This document shows, in pieces, positions 37,301-46,080 of a DNA stretch of 64,000 nt. This DNA is from a virus (lineage: Duplodnaviria > Heunggongvirae > Uroviricota > Caudoviricetes). A program made the position numbers and the translations under genes. The notes beneath the pieces are model-generated. The model searched no databases. It saw nothing but the letters and a program-made list of their open reading frames with translations, and was not told where the DNA came from. Location: the IMG/VR virus record IMGVR_UViG_3300036768_001066; one strand, given 5' to 3'. Numbering within the stretch: position 1 is the first letter of the stretch; every line of letters starts with the position of its first letter.

Positions 37301-37708
37301 GTGAAAACATCCCCCTACAATCTATTACAGGAGATTTACCGATCGGACGACTGGAAGATTTTCGTTTGCTGTATGATGCTTAACCAAACTACCAGGCAGC
37401 AAGTGGACCGGGTTCGGCACGAATTCTTCCGTAGGTGGCCGAACGCCAGGAAGGCCATGTCTGCCGATCCATTGGAAATGGCAGAGCTGATAAAGCCGCT
37501 GGGATTCTCAAACAAACGCAGCACAGGGATAATAAAGATGAGCGCGGACTACATAGAGAAGGAATGGCGCGAACCGAAGGACTTGTACGGACTCGGTCAA
37601 TACGCACAGGACTCATACGACATATTCATCCGAAAGCGACTCGACCTGAAGAACCCGGCCGATAAATTCCTCAGCAAATACATGGAATGGGCCAGGTGCA
37701 GGTTGTAA
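37301..37708 (+). CDS. MBD4-like HhH-GPD DNA glycosylase (mismatch-specific thymine/uracil glycosylase domain); GTG start
   Basis: [27 protein letters not shown] resembles human MBD4 [55 protein letters not shown] resembles [43 protein letters not shown] resembles LHGIGKYGNDSYRIF, including the catalytic Asp. Confidence 0.7.
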   Translation: [135 protein letters not shown]

Positions 37709-37767
37709 GTTTTTCCAATTTACTATTTTTATTACCTTCACTTCATCAAAACAAATAATAGATAAAC

Positions 37768-38369
37768 ATGGAAAACTATCGTAAGTACATTTTCTGGGGG
37801 TAATCGGGTTCGTCCTGTTCTTCACAGGTTGCAGTAGCTATGTAAGCTACAACAACATGGTATCAATGGAAGAAACCGTAACGGCTAAGTGGTCACAGGT
37901 TGAGAACGTATACCAGCGGAGGTCGGACCTCATTCCGAACTTGGTTAACACTGTCAAGACAGAAGCCAACTTTGAAAAATCAACGCTCGAAGCGGTGATT
38001 CAAGCGCGTGCAAGCGCCACGCAAGTTAAGATTGATCCTACAAACCTGACACCGGAATCCATGAAGGCATTCGAGGCGGCACAAGGTCAACTTGGCACAA
38101 CTCTATCTCGCTTGTTGGTGACGATGGAGCAGTATCCGAACCTCAAATCCAATGAGGCGTTCAACCAGCTGATGTCGCAGCTCGAGGGCACGGAGAACCG
38201 CATAACCGTAGAGCGCCGCGAGTTCAACATCGCTGTGCAGGACTACAACAAGTACATCAGAAGGTTCCCAAAAAATGTGTGGGCCGGCATGTTCGGATTT
38301 CAGACCAAGGCGTACTTCCAGGCAGACAAGGGAGCAGAAAAAACACCAACCGTAAACTTTGACAAATAA
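37768..38369 (+). CDS. LemA-family lipoprotein. The reading frame is broken at a G5 homopolymer (37796-37800): the N-terminal signal/lipobox segment and the LemA body are in different frames.
   Basis: MENYRKYIFWG, then in the next frame VIGFVLFFTGC (lipobox FTGC) SSYV...WSQVENVYQRRSDLIPNLV (LemA signature). Adding one G joins them perfectly. Confidence 0.5.
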
Positions 38370-38373
38370 AAAT

Positions 38374-38604
38374 ATGGGATTTCTTGACAAATTATGGAAA
38401 GACCCCAACGCGGGTAAGACCACAGAGGAGAAAAAGGAGGAGACGCCTAAGAGCGGCAGGTCGTCCAAGAAGAAAAATAAAATGGCTTCATTGGAATGGA
38501 TTGCATTTGGTGTCGGCATGTTTTGCTGTGCCGTCATCATCTTGCAAATTATTATTATTTTGACAAGCTGGACAAGTAGGTCCGGCGCAACAGAGATTAA
38601 ATGA
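38374..38604 (+). CDS. small membrane protein
   Basis: 77 aa with the TM segment WIAFGVGMFCCAVIILQIIIIL. Confidence 0.35.
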   Translation: MGFLDKLWKDPNAGKTTEEKKEETPKSGRSSKKKNKMASLEWIAFGVGMFCCAVIILQIIIILTSWTSRSGATEIK

Positions 38605-39089
38605 TCAACGAAGGAACTACCGGGGAAGAGTCCGATAAGGAAGTTGGAGAAGGTTCGCTCTTGGCGCGATGGGGGCATGCCATTATACGCAAGTTCTACT
38701 ACTGGCGCATGCGTAAGTATGTGAGGATGTCCGGCATGTGGAACCGCCGGATGAACTCGGACCAGGCGAAGTGCTTCGGCATCATCCGCAACCTCGCGGC
38801 CAAGTCGGATTCCGAACTGATGATAGCGCCAATCTCGCAGAAGTTTTACATCCGCTATGGCGACATATTCGTGATAGTGGAGCGTGGCACGGTTAGTATA
38901 ATTAACGGGAGGTACCACTATGACATATCGGTCACAGACGATCTCAACGGCAAGATAACGTCTTTCCTGCACAAGGTGATAGAGCGCCGCAGGGCAGCGC
39001 TCGAGGCCGAGGTCAGATCGAAGATAGACCGCAGCCTCGACAACATATACTACGAGACGCGCAACATGAAAGGACCAAAAAAAGATTAA
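38601..39089 (+). CDS. hypothetical protein
   Basis: 162-aa ORF. Confidence 0.45.
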   Translation: MINEGTTGEESDKEVGEGSLLARWGHAIIRKFYYWRMRKYVRMSGMWNRRMNSDQAKCFGIIRNLAAKSDSELMIAPISQKFYIRYGDIFVIVERGTVSIINGRYHYDISVTDDLNGKITSFLHKVIERRRAALEAEVRSKIDRSLDNIYYETRNMKGPKKD

Positions 39090-39090
39090 C

Positions 39091-39582
39091 ATGTCACTAT
39101 ATTATTTCGCATACGGAAGCAACATGAACCCCGACCGCATGACTGCGAGAGGCGTGGCGTTCGAGTCGTTCGAGTACGGGCACTTGCACCACTACAGATT
39201 ACGGAGCAACAAGATGTCGCAGAAGTACAGGACGCTCGCGTTCGTCAACATCGAGCCGTGCTTCGAGTCGAGTGTGTTCGGCGTGCTGTACACGTTGCCG
39301 TCGACCGCCCAGCTGGAGGAACTGGACAAGAAGGAGGGCTACCCTAACCACTACGAGAAGTGCTTCGTACCGGTGCATACCAAAGAGGGTATGAAGCTCG
39401 CGCTCGTTTACGTGGCTACCCGCAACTGGGCGAGCGAGAACGACCTGCCGATGCCGTCGGAATATAAGGCGCTCATGAATTCCGGATTGGACAAGTGCGA
39501 GGATCTGGTCATCGAGGACAAACAACTATACGAGGCGTTCTTACACTACAAGGAGAAGACACAAGAAATGACAATGATATGA
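39091..39582 (+). CDS. gamma-glutamyl cyclotransferase-like (AIG2/GGCT fold) protein
   Basis: N-terminal YYFAYGSNMNP (YGSNL signature of the GGCT/AIG2 family). Confidence 0.65.
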   Translation: MSLYYFAYGSNMNPDRMTARGVAFESFEYGHLHHYRLRSNKMSQKYRTLAFVNIEPCFESSVFGVLYTLPSTAQLEELDKKEGYPNHYEKCFVPVHTKEGMKLALVYVATRNWASENDLPMPSEYKALMNSGLDKCEDLVIEDKQLYEAFLHYKEKTQEMTMI

Positions 39583-39722
39583 ACAAGATATTTTACGGCT
39601 TCGGTCGAGACTACCTAAAACTGCTCGACTACGGAGAATACAACGAAGAGAACTATCACGGACAGAACGAATCTGACGCAGACATCATGTATGTGGGCAT
39701 CAGCAAAATCACCCGATAGTCT
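39582..39722 (+). CDS. small hypothetical protein (46 aa)
   Basis: Hand-translated MNKIFYGFGRDYLKLLDYGEYNEENYHGQNESDADIMYVGISKITR. Confidence 0.25.
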
Positions 39723-39825
39723 GGACTTCTTGCATCGGCCAATAAGTCAATGGACAGCATCGACAAGCATGGAGAGGGAAAGGAGATTGGCGAGTGGCTT
39801 CTGATTCGAGTACGAGGAACACGGC

Positions 39826-40638
39826 ATGCCCGACCAACAATACAGAATTCGCCGGCAAGTTCAACGCGTCATAGGTGTTTATACGTTTTTACTCAACCTG
39901 CTATACGTCAACAGTAAGTACTACCATGTTCAGATCCCGGCGAGCATGCACTCGCTAATAGGTATAGTCATCGGCTTGCTGCTCGTTTTCAGGACGAACA
40001 CCGCGTACGACCGCTGGTGGGAGGGACGCAGGCTCTTCAGCGCGCTGTCGACCTCAATATCTTACTTCTCAATAAAATTGAACTCGTGCTGCACCGACGT
40101 CCTCGTGAAGACGCAGGCCCGTAACATCATAAAGCAGATACTGCGCAACCTGTCCGACTACCTGCGAGAGACGAACGCCGATAACGTCATGGGACATCAT
40201 AATAAGCAGACCAAGTTCGTTTGCGATATGTTGTTACTCATACGCGACGCCAAGTTGTCTGACAGGGACCTCAACATTCTCGAGGACAAACTAAATGAGA
40301 TAGTTGACATATCCAACTCGTTCGAGCGTATCAAGAGCACGCCGATACCGAAGGCGTACGCCCTGCACATAAAGGCATCGATATTCATATACCTGCTGAG
40401 CCTGCCATTCGGGTTGTTTCACGACCTCGGACTCTGGGCCGCAGCGATGGTCATGGTCATATTCTACATAGTCGCCGGCATCGAGATAATAAGCAACGAG
40501 ATAGAGGACCCATTCGCGGACGATCCGAACGACCTGCCGATAGACACGTACTTCAAGCAGATAAAGGACTCTATGAACATAATCAAGGAGAGCGTGAACT
40601 CGGAGTACGGGAAGTACGGAAAGGAGACCCTGAAATGA
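39826..40638 (+). CDS. bestrophin/UPF0187-family membrane channel homolog
   Basis: RTNTAYDRWWEGRRL matches the bestrophin-family RxxxAYxRWWEAR signature. Several TM helices. Confidence 0.6.
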   Translation: MPDQQYRIRRQVQRVIGVYTFLLNLLYVNSKYYHVQIPASMHSLIGIVIGLLLVFRTNTAYDRWWEGRRLFSALSTSISYFSIKLNSCCTDVLVKTQARNIIKQILRNLSDYLRETNADNVMGHHNKQTKFVCDMLLLIRDAKLSDRDLNILEDKLNEIVDISNSFERIKSTPIPKAYALHIKASIFIYLLSLPFGLFHDLGLWAAAMVMVIFYIVAGIEIISNEIEDPFADDPNDLPIDTYFKQIKDSMNIIKESVNSEYGKYGKETLK

Positions 40639-40898
40639 TTTGGCCGTTTAAACGCAAGAAGCAAGTTAAGCCCTGCTGTGGTAACTGCGCGCACTACAAC
40701 AAGGTCAGGGTGCAGGGTAACAGACTGGAAGACATAATGCTTGGACTGTGCGACAACAAGGATGTGCGCAGCGCGTGCGTTCCGTACGGCAGAACAGCGA
40801 ATGGCTTCTACAGGTGGGACTGGCCCGGTGAGTCACCGTTCGGCCCGGTATCTTTCGATCCAGAGTTCAGCTGTAAACATTTCAAGCCCAAGCAATGA
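40635..40898 (+). CDS. Cys-rich small protein
   Basis: 87 aa with CCGNCAHY...C...C...C. Confidence 0.4.
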   Translation: MIWPFKRKKQVKPCCGNCAHYNKVRVQGNRLEDIMLGLCDNKDVRSACVPYGRTANGFYRWDWPGESPFGPVSFDPEFSCKHFKPKQ

Positions 40899-41056
40899 CA
40901 AACAAATACGAAAAGGCAGAGCTCGCCGCAAAGTGGTTATCCGAGCTCGCCAAAAGGATAATATAACAATAGTGACGGTTATGTGCATCGCCCCATGAGG
41001 GACTCGTCCATTCCGGACGTCATAATAGTTGATCATCTCAGCCTGATGAATTAAAC

Positions 41057-41084
41057 AAAGCCCGGTTTGTCCGGGCTTTTTTAT
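41057..41084 (+). terminator. rho-independent terminator (aagcccgg / ccgggctt plus TTTTTTATT)
   Basis: Hairpin and T-run. Confidence 0.6.
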
Positions 41085-41090
41085 TGATCC

Positions 41091-41269
41091 ACCACAATTT
41101 TCCGCAAATTTCCTGATATATACAGAGTAGATACCATCTGTTCGAAGTCCAATTTATATAGACCAATCAAAGGTTTTCAAGCGTTTAGAGTCCCAGAATA
41201 CTAAAGGCTCTGGGAAGTTTTATCCTTTTTGAAAGGATTTTCCAAAAATTTCCAGATATATAAAGACAA
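41091..41269 (+). promoter_or_regulatory. two copies of a 30-bp element, ATTTTCCnnAAATTTCCnGATATATAmAGA, at 41091-41121 and 41239-41269, upstream of the head-gene cluster. TATATAAAGA resembles the T4 late promoter TATAAATA.
   Basis: Direct repeat seen in the sequence. The second copy ends 21 nt before the prohead protease/scaffold start. A small hairpin, cccagaatactaaaggctctggg, lies between the copies. Confidence 0.4.
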
Positions 41270-41289
41270 AGGAATCAACCTTACAACGG

Positions 41290-43278
41290 ATGAATACAAA
41301 CCTGCAACTACAAGAGAACTACGTGTTCCTCCTCGAGCGTGCTGAGAGCAACCTCGTGGTAGAGGCTACGGGTAGCAATCCGAAAGACTACATTCTCGAA
41401 GGTATCGCCGCTATCATGGGCGAGGAGAATAACAACCACAGGATTTACGAGGCAAAGGAGTATCTTCCGCACCTCGAGTACCTAAACAAGAAGATTCAGC
41501 AGAAGCGCCTGGTCGGAGAGCTCGACCACCCAGAGAAGTTTGACGTTTCCCTCAAGAACATATCCCACATAGTTGAGAAGCTCGAGTACAACGAGAAGGA
41601 CAGGACCCTCAGGATTCGCGTGCGCTTGCTCGACACTCCACACGGACAGATTGCCAAGACATTAGTAGACGCCGGATACCCGCTGTCTATTTCTTCGCGT
41701 GCTGCCGGTTCTGTTATGGAGAACAAGAAGGTTAAGATCAAAAAGATATTCACATACGACCTCGTCGCAGACCCTGGTTTCGAAAAGGCACAGCTTGATA
41801 GGATTTACGAGAGCGCGAACTTTGATGCGGGCACTAAAAAGTCCGTTATTTCAGAGCTTACGGACATCTCGGAGAGCTTTGCGCCAGAATTTTCCGCACA
41901 CACGAAGATATATAGTGTAGATCCGAACAATGCGGCGTTTAAGAAGGCGATGCTGGATGAGGACAAAAAAACCAACAACGACATGAATCAATTCGTAACA
42001 TCTGAAGAGCTCAACGATTGGTCCGCTGCATTCCGTACCGGAATCATGAAGGAGATTGAAAATGTTAAGTCGAAGGTTACCGAGTCTACTGATGCTGAAA
42101 TTATCAAGACCCTTCTTGAAAAAATCGAGAAGCACGAGAGGTACATGAAGTATCTCGCAGGCAACCTTGATAAGAACATTCAGTACACTGAGTACGTGGC
42201 TGAGAACCTCGACAAGAACATCGAGTATTCTAAGTACCTCGCAGAGAACCTCGACCGTAACATTTCTTACAGCGAGTACCTCGCAGAGAACCTCGACCGT
42301 AACATTTCTTACAGCGAGTACCTCGCAGAGAACCTCGACCGCGGTATTTCGTTTATGGACTACCTCGCAGAGAACCTCGAGAAGAACATCAACTACAGCG
42401 AGTACCTCGCAGAGAACCTCGACAAGAACATTTCTTATTCCGAGTACCTCGCAGAGAACCTCGACAAGAACATTTCTTATTCCGAGTACCTCGCAGAGAA
42501 CCTCGACAAGAACATTTCTTATTCCGAGTACCTCGCAGAGAACCTCGACAGGGGAATCGGATATTCTGAGTATTTGGCAGAAAAAATCGAGAATAACATC
42601 GCTTATTCCGAATATATAGCTGAAAACGTCGTTGCTGCGGCCCCAGCGGTTACCGCAATGCCAGCAGCTACGAACAATAGTTCTGCACCGATAGCCAAGG
42701 TTAACGAGAGCGTAGCTGAGGCGAACAAATACACTGGTTTGTCCGCACAGATAAACCAACTGCTGGAGGCCGCTACTAAACAGAAAGCCGCCACCAAAAT
42801 GAACGAGAGCCAGTACCACTTCTTCCGCTTCCTAAGCGAAGCTAAGAGGAACGAGTTCGAAGCCCTCGAGGAGGCCAAGAAAGAAAAGGTCGCAAACGCC
42901 CTGAAACCAGGTGCGTACTTTTCAGAAGCTGACGTAACCAAAATTTGGGAAGCAGCTTTGATTGAGAAGCAGGATGACACTCCGAAGTTCCTGCAAATGA
43001 TTCCGGAGTCGATTAAGCCGCTCTACGAGGCGCTTACCGAATCCGAAAAGCAAGGCATACTTGCACAGAGCAAATTGATGAACCTCGACACCGAGTACAA
43101 AATCAAGAACTTCTGGACAAGCAGGCCATTTGTAAGGGGCAAGGTTGTTGGACTTGTAAAACTCAACGAAAATGAAACGGCAGTTCCAGCGAACACCGAT
43201 AAAACCAAGACACTCGGCTACGGCACAGAGTACATGGACAAAATCGCGTCACAACTCGGACAACGTTTTAAAAAGTAA
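41290..43278 (+). CDS. prohead protease (T4 gp21-like, N-terminal) fused to a scaffold/core domain containing about 11.5 tandem 14-aa repeats (YSEYLAENLDKNIS)
   Basis: N-terminus GIAAIMGEENNNHRIYEAKEY...GELDHPE resembles the gp21/U35-type prohead protease signature (GxxG..N.NgRiY). The helical acidic repeat array is encoded by a 42-bp periodicity at 42151-42630. The gene lies immediately upstream of the major capsid gene. Confidence 0.6.
   Translation: MNTNLQLQENYVFLLERAESNLVVEATGSNPKDYILEGIAAIMGEENNNHRIYEAKEYLPHLEYLNKKIQQKRLVGELDHPEKFDVSLKNISHIVEKLEYNEKDRTLRIRVRLLDTPHGQIAKTLVDAGYPLSISSRAAGSVMENKKVKIKKIFTYDLVADPGFEKAQLDRIYESANFDAGTKKSVISELTDISESFAPEFSAHTKIYSVDPNNAAFKKAMLDEDKKTNNDMNQFVTSEELNDWSAAFRTGIMKEIENVKSKVTESTDAEIIKTLLEKIEKHERYMKYLAGNLDKNIQYTEYVAENLDKNIEYSKYLAENLDRNISYSEYLAENLDRNISYSEYLAENLDRGISFMDYLAENLEKNINYSEYLAENLDKNISYSEYLAENLDKNISYSEYLAENLDKNISYSEYLAENLDRGIGYSEYLAEKIENNIAYSEYIAENVVAAAPAVTAMPAATNNSSAPIAKVNESVAEANKYTGLSAQINQLLEAATKQKAATKMNESQYHFFRFLSEAKRNEFEALEEAKKEKVANALKPGAYFSEADVTKIWEAALIEKQDDTPKFLQMIPESIKPLYEALTESEKQGILAQSKLMNLDTEYKIKNFWTSRPFVRGKVVGLVKLNENETAVPANTDKTKTLGYGTEYMDKIASQLGQRFKK
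42151..42630 (+). repeat. coding tandem repeat, 42-bp unit repeated about 11.4 times, inside the protease-scaffold gene
   Basis: Near-identical units tacctcgcagagaacctcgacaagaacatttcttattccgag. Confidence 0.8.
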
Positions 43279-43296
43279 AAAAACCAAACAAGCATC

Positions 43297-44811
43297 ATGA
43301 AAATGATCAACGAACAAGAGGTTTTTGAAACTTGGTCTCCGGTTATCAACGAGAAGACTAATATCAAAGACTCGAACAAAGTAGAATGGCTTTCTAAGTA
43401 CTGCCACTACCACTCGCTCAATGAGTCTGCTATCCACGCTGGATACGGCACTCTCGACGCGCTTAACGGTATGGGCCAGCCTTTGGCTCCGACCAGGTCC
43501 GCTAACGGTTCCGGCGACAAGTTCCCTTCACTTCTTCCGCTCGCTATCCAGGTAGCAGCTAAGACTGTAGGTTTCGACATCGTTCCGGTTATCCCGATGC
43601 CAGGCCCAACAGGTGTTCTCACCTACCTCGATTACGTTTACGCAGGTGGACGTATCGACAACGCTGACCATAAGCCACTCCTGATCAAGTTCAACGCGAC
43701 AGGTACGTGGACTAACGGTACATCGTACACCGCAACTTCAGGTGCTGGTACCCTTGCCCTTACCTTCGTTGGTAAGTCGAGGATCGACGGTTACCCAATC
43801 TTCAAGGTTGGTGCATCTACTCCGTCTACCATCTCTGTAGCTCAGGTTATTGGTGTGGTTGGCGCGACAGTAACAACTGACGCAGCTCCGGTTGCAGCTA
43901 CTAACGCTGCTGCCCTCGTAGCAATGCTCGAAGATCACATCCAAGGTTTCGCTGGTGCAGGTGACACTGACACAGCTAACTGGACCGGTCCTTACGCAGA
44001 TGCTAACGACTCTGGTCCAATGACCCGTGAAGTTGGTGAGTCTACCTACTACAGGACGACTAACCTCAAGACTTTCACCAAGTTCGTTGAGACTGAGACC
44101 TACCAGCTTGCTGCGCAGGTAACTACTGAGCAGATACAAGACCTTAACAAGCAGTTCGGTATCGACGTTGTGTCGATGGTTGAGAACTCGCTCGTTAACG
44201 ATGTATCACAGCACATCAACAAACACATCCTCGTGACCGCATTCGGTCTTGGTACGCAGAACGCTACTGAGTTCGCTGCAACTGAAGGACAGGTGCTCGA
44301 CCTCAACCTTACGGCTCTGCCTACGGTTGGTACGTACGAGAACCTCCAGACGTTCCAGAGGAGAATCTTCAGCCGCATACTTGCTGCCGCTAACGTAGTA
44401 GCAAACCGTGGTCGTCGTGGACCTGCGAACTTCGTTGTATGTAACTCTCAGATTGCTACGGCGATCCAGGACATCAGCCAGTTCCAGCCAGCTCCGTTCG
44501 CGAACACCGCAAGCCAGAACAACGGTGCTCTCTACCCAGTAGGATCACTCGCTGGTATGACTGTGTACGTTGACCAGAACATGAAGTGGACTGACACTCG
44601 CGTACTTGTCGGCCGTAAGGGCGCAGACGACGAGCCAGGTCTGAAGTTCATGCCGTACATGATGGCTGAGTCTATCCAGACAATCTCTGAAGGCACTATG
44701 TCTCCGAAGATCGCTGTGAAGTCTCGCTACGCCCTCGTGTCAGCTGGATTCCACCCACAGACAATGTACTTCACTTTCACGATCCAGGTGCCTACCTCAG
44801 GTATCATCTAA
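43297..44811 (+). CDS. major capsid protein, T4 gp23-like (HK97 fold)
   Basis: FDIVPVIPMPGPTGVLTYLDYVYAGG resembles the conserved gp23 core block (V..V.PM..P.G.i.YL). 504 aa. Preceded by the protease-scaffold gene and followed by a strong terminator. Confidence 0.75.
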   Translation: MKMINEQEVFETWSPVINEKTNIKDSNKVEWLSKYCHYHSLNESAIHAGYGTLDALNGMGQPLAPTRSANGSGDKFPSLLPLAIQVAAKTVGFDIVPVIPMPGPTGVLTYLDYVYAGGRIDNADHKPLLIKFNATGTWTNGTSYTATSGAGTLALTFVGKSRIDGYPIFKVGASTPSTISVAQVIGVVGATVTTDAAPVAATNAAALVAMLEDHIQGFAGAGDTDTANWTGPYADANDSGPMTREVGESTYYRTTNLKTFTKFVETETYQLAAQVTTEQIQDLNKQFGIDVVSMVENSLVNDVSQHINKHILVTAFGLGTQNATEFAATEGQVLDLNLTALPTVGTYENLQTFQRRIFSRILAAANVVANRGRRGPANFVVCNSQIATAIQDISQFQPAPFANTASQNNGALYPVGSLAGMTVYVDQNMKWTDTRVLVGRKGADDEPGLKFMPYMMAESIQTISEGTMSPKIAVKSRYALVSAGFHPQTMYFTFTIQVPTSGII

Positions 44812-44860
44812 TCCATGATCCTGTAAAGGACGGGTGCTCTGAACGAGTACACGGAATAAC

Positions 44861-44897
44861 GAAACCCCGAAGGATACTTCGGGGTTTCTTATTTTAT
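44861..44897. terminator. strong rho-independent terminator (gaaaccccgaag / cttcggggtttc plus T-rich tail)
   Basis: 12-bp perfect hairpin after the capsid gene, where the flanking genes are convergent. Confidence 0.75.
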
Positions 44898-44906
44898 ATC
44901 GGTCGT

Positions 44907-45047
44907 GATTTATTCGTCGAGTATTCCACTGATCAGCATGCCGCCGACCATGCAAGCTGGCAACTGCCAAGGCGACAAACCGGGAGTTGCGACGCCCATC
45001 AACACGAGGATCCCGCCAACTATGCGCCAGAATATGTTTCTCTTCTC
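44907..45047 (-). CDS. small membrane protein (46 aa)
   Basis: MREKRNIFWRIVGGILVLMGVATPGLSPWQLPACMVGGMLISGILDE. Confidence 0.3.
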
Positions 45048-45049
45048 CC

Positions 45050-45640
45050 TCATAATGTAGTTATCAAATGTGTCTCGTCTATCCCAGGCGTTCCGCTGCA
45101 GTAGAGTCGGTACTTGACATCACCGAGCCTGTGCGCTATTATTTCGTTGGGCATCACCGAGAACACGCACGTGCTCGATATGCGTCCATCCATTGTTATC
45201 CGGTCTCCCCTCAGTATGCCGTCGAGGTTGAACTCCAGAGACCGCGCCACGCCGACACTCTTCTCGTTGCCGGCGTCGGTGCGTATCTCTATCCTGTACA
45301 CTCCCATGTGCCTCAGCACGGTCGCGAGCAGAGCTGCCGCGGTTTTTGTGTGACCCTTGCCTTGCTCCGACGTCCTCATCCAGTACCCTATCTCTGCCAC
45401 GTGAGCGTTGAACGGCGCGCGTATTATTCCGACGCTGCCGATGAACCTCGGCGTGTTGTCGACGCGCTTGAATACGTCGTACCTGAATGACGCGCGGCTC
45501 TCCCTGAGCTTCTCCGCCTCTCTCAGGTCGTCTTCCACTCTCTCCATGGTCGGGTACTCCTGCGCCCATCCCATCCACGCGGACAGGTCCCTGTGCGACT
45601 CCTTGCGGGCGTCGAGGATCTCCTCGGCCGGGCTGAGCAT
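45050..45640 (-). CDS. GNAT family N-acetyltransferase (RimJ/RimL-like)
   Basis: FIGSVGIIR...AEIGYWMRTSEQGKGHTKTAAALLATVLRHMGVYRIEIRTDAGNEKSVGVARSLEF is GNAT motif A/B-like. Start chosen at the internal Met MLSPAEE, because the upstream part overlaps the neighbouring gene. Confidence 0.6.
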   Translation of the reverse strand: MLSPAEEILDARKESHRDLSAWMGWAQEYPTMERVEDDLREAEKLRESRASFRYDVFKRVDNTPRFIGSVGIIRAPFNAHVAEIGYWMRTSEQGKGHTKTAAALLATVLRHMGVYRIEIRTDAGNEKSVGVARSLEFNLDGILRGDRITMDGRISSTCVFSVMPNEIIAHRLGDVKYRLYCSGTPGIDETHLITTL

Positions 45641-45695
45641 GCTCGTTCGGAATATTATTATCCCGTTGCCCTCGATCCAGTGCAGGTGCTGTATT

Positions 45696-46080
45696 TTACT
45701 TAATAAGTTCAAGGTATAATTTGGTTGAGGCGTTCTCGAAGTTGTTCGGCACATCCATGTCGAGCAGTTCCTTGAGGTCGGACTTGAGCTTCTCGTATTT
45801 AACGGCGCCGTTGTCCTGGTCCCTCGCAATCCTGAACACTTGCACAGAGGCTATCGTGCGCCTGCGGTTCGGCCGTATCATCTTGTGCAGGTCCTGGTTG
45901 CCCTTGTAAAGGCTGGTGAAGTTCTTCTCGATTATCTTCTCGAGCGTGACCTTCCCGTTCTCGGCCGCCGTGGCTATCCCGGTAACTACCCAGGTCATGC
46001 CGTTCTGGCTCTTCGAGTACCCGTACTCGGCGCCTATTACTATTTCCTCTCCTACTGCTCCTACTGCGTCTATTGTTTTC
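45696..46080 (-). CDS. hypothetical protein
   Basis: 128 aa, from MKTIDAVGAVG. Confidence 0.4.
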
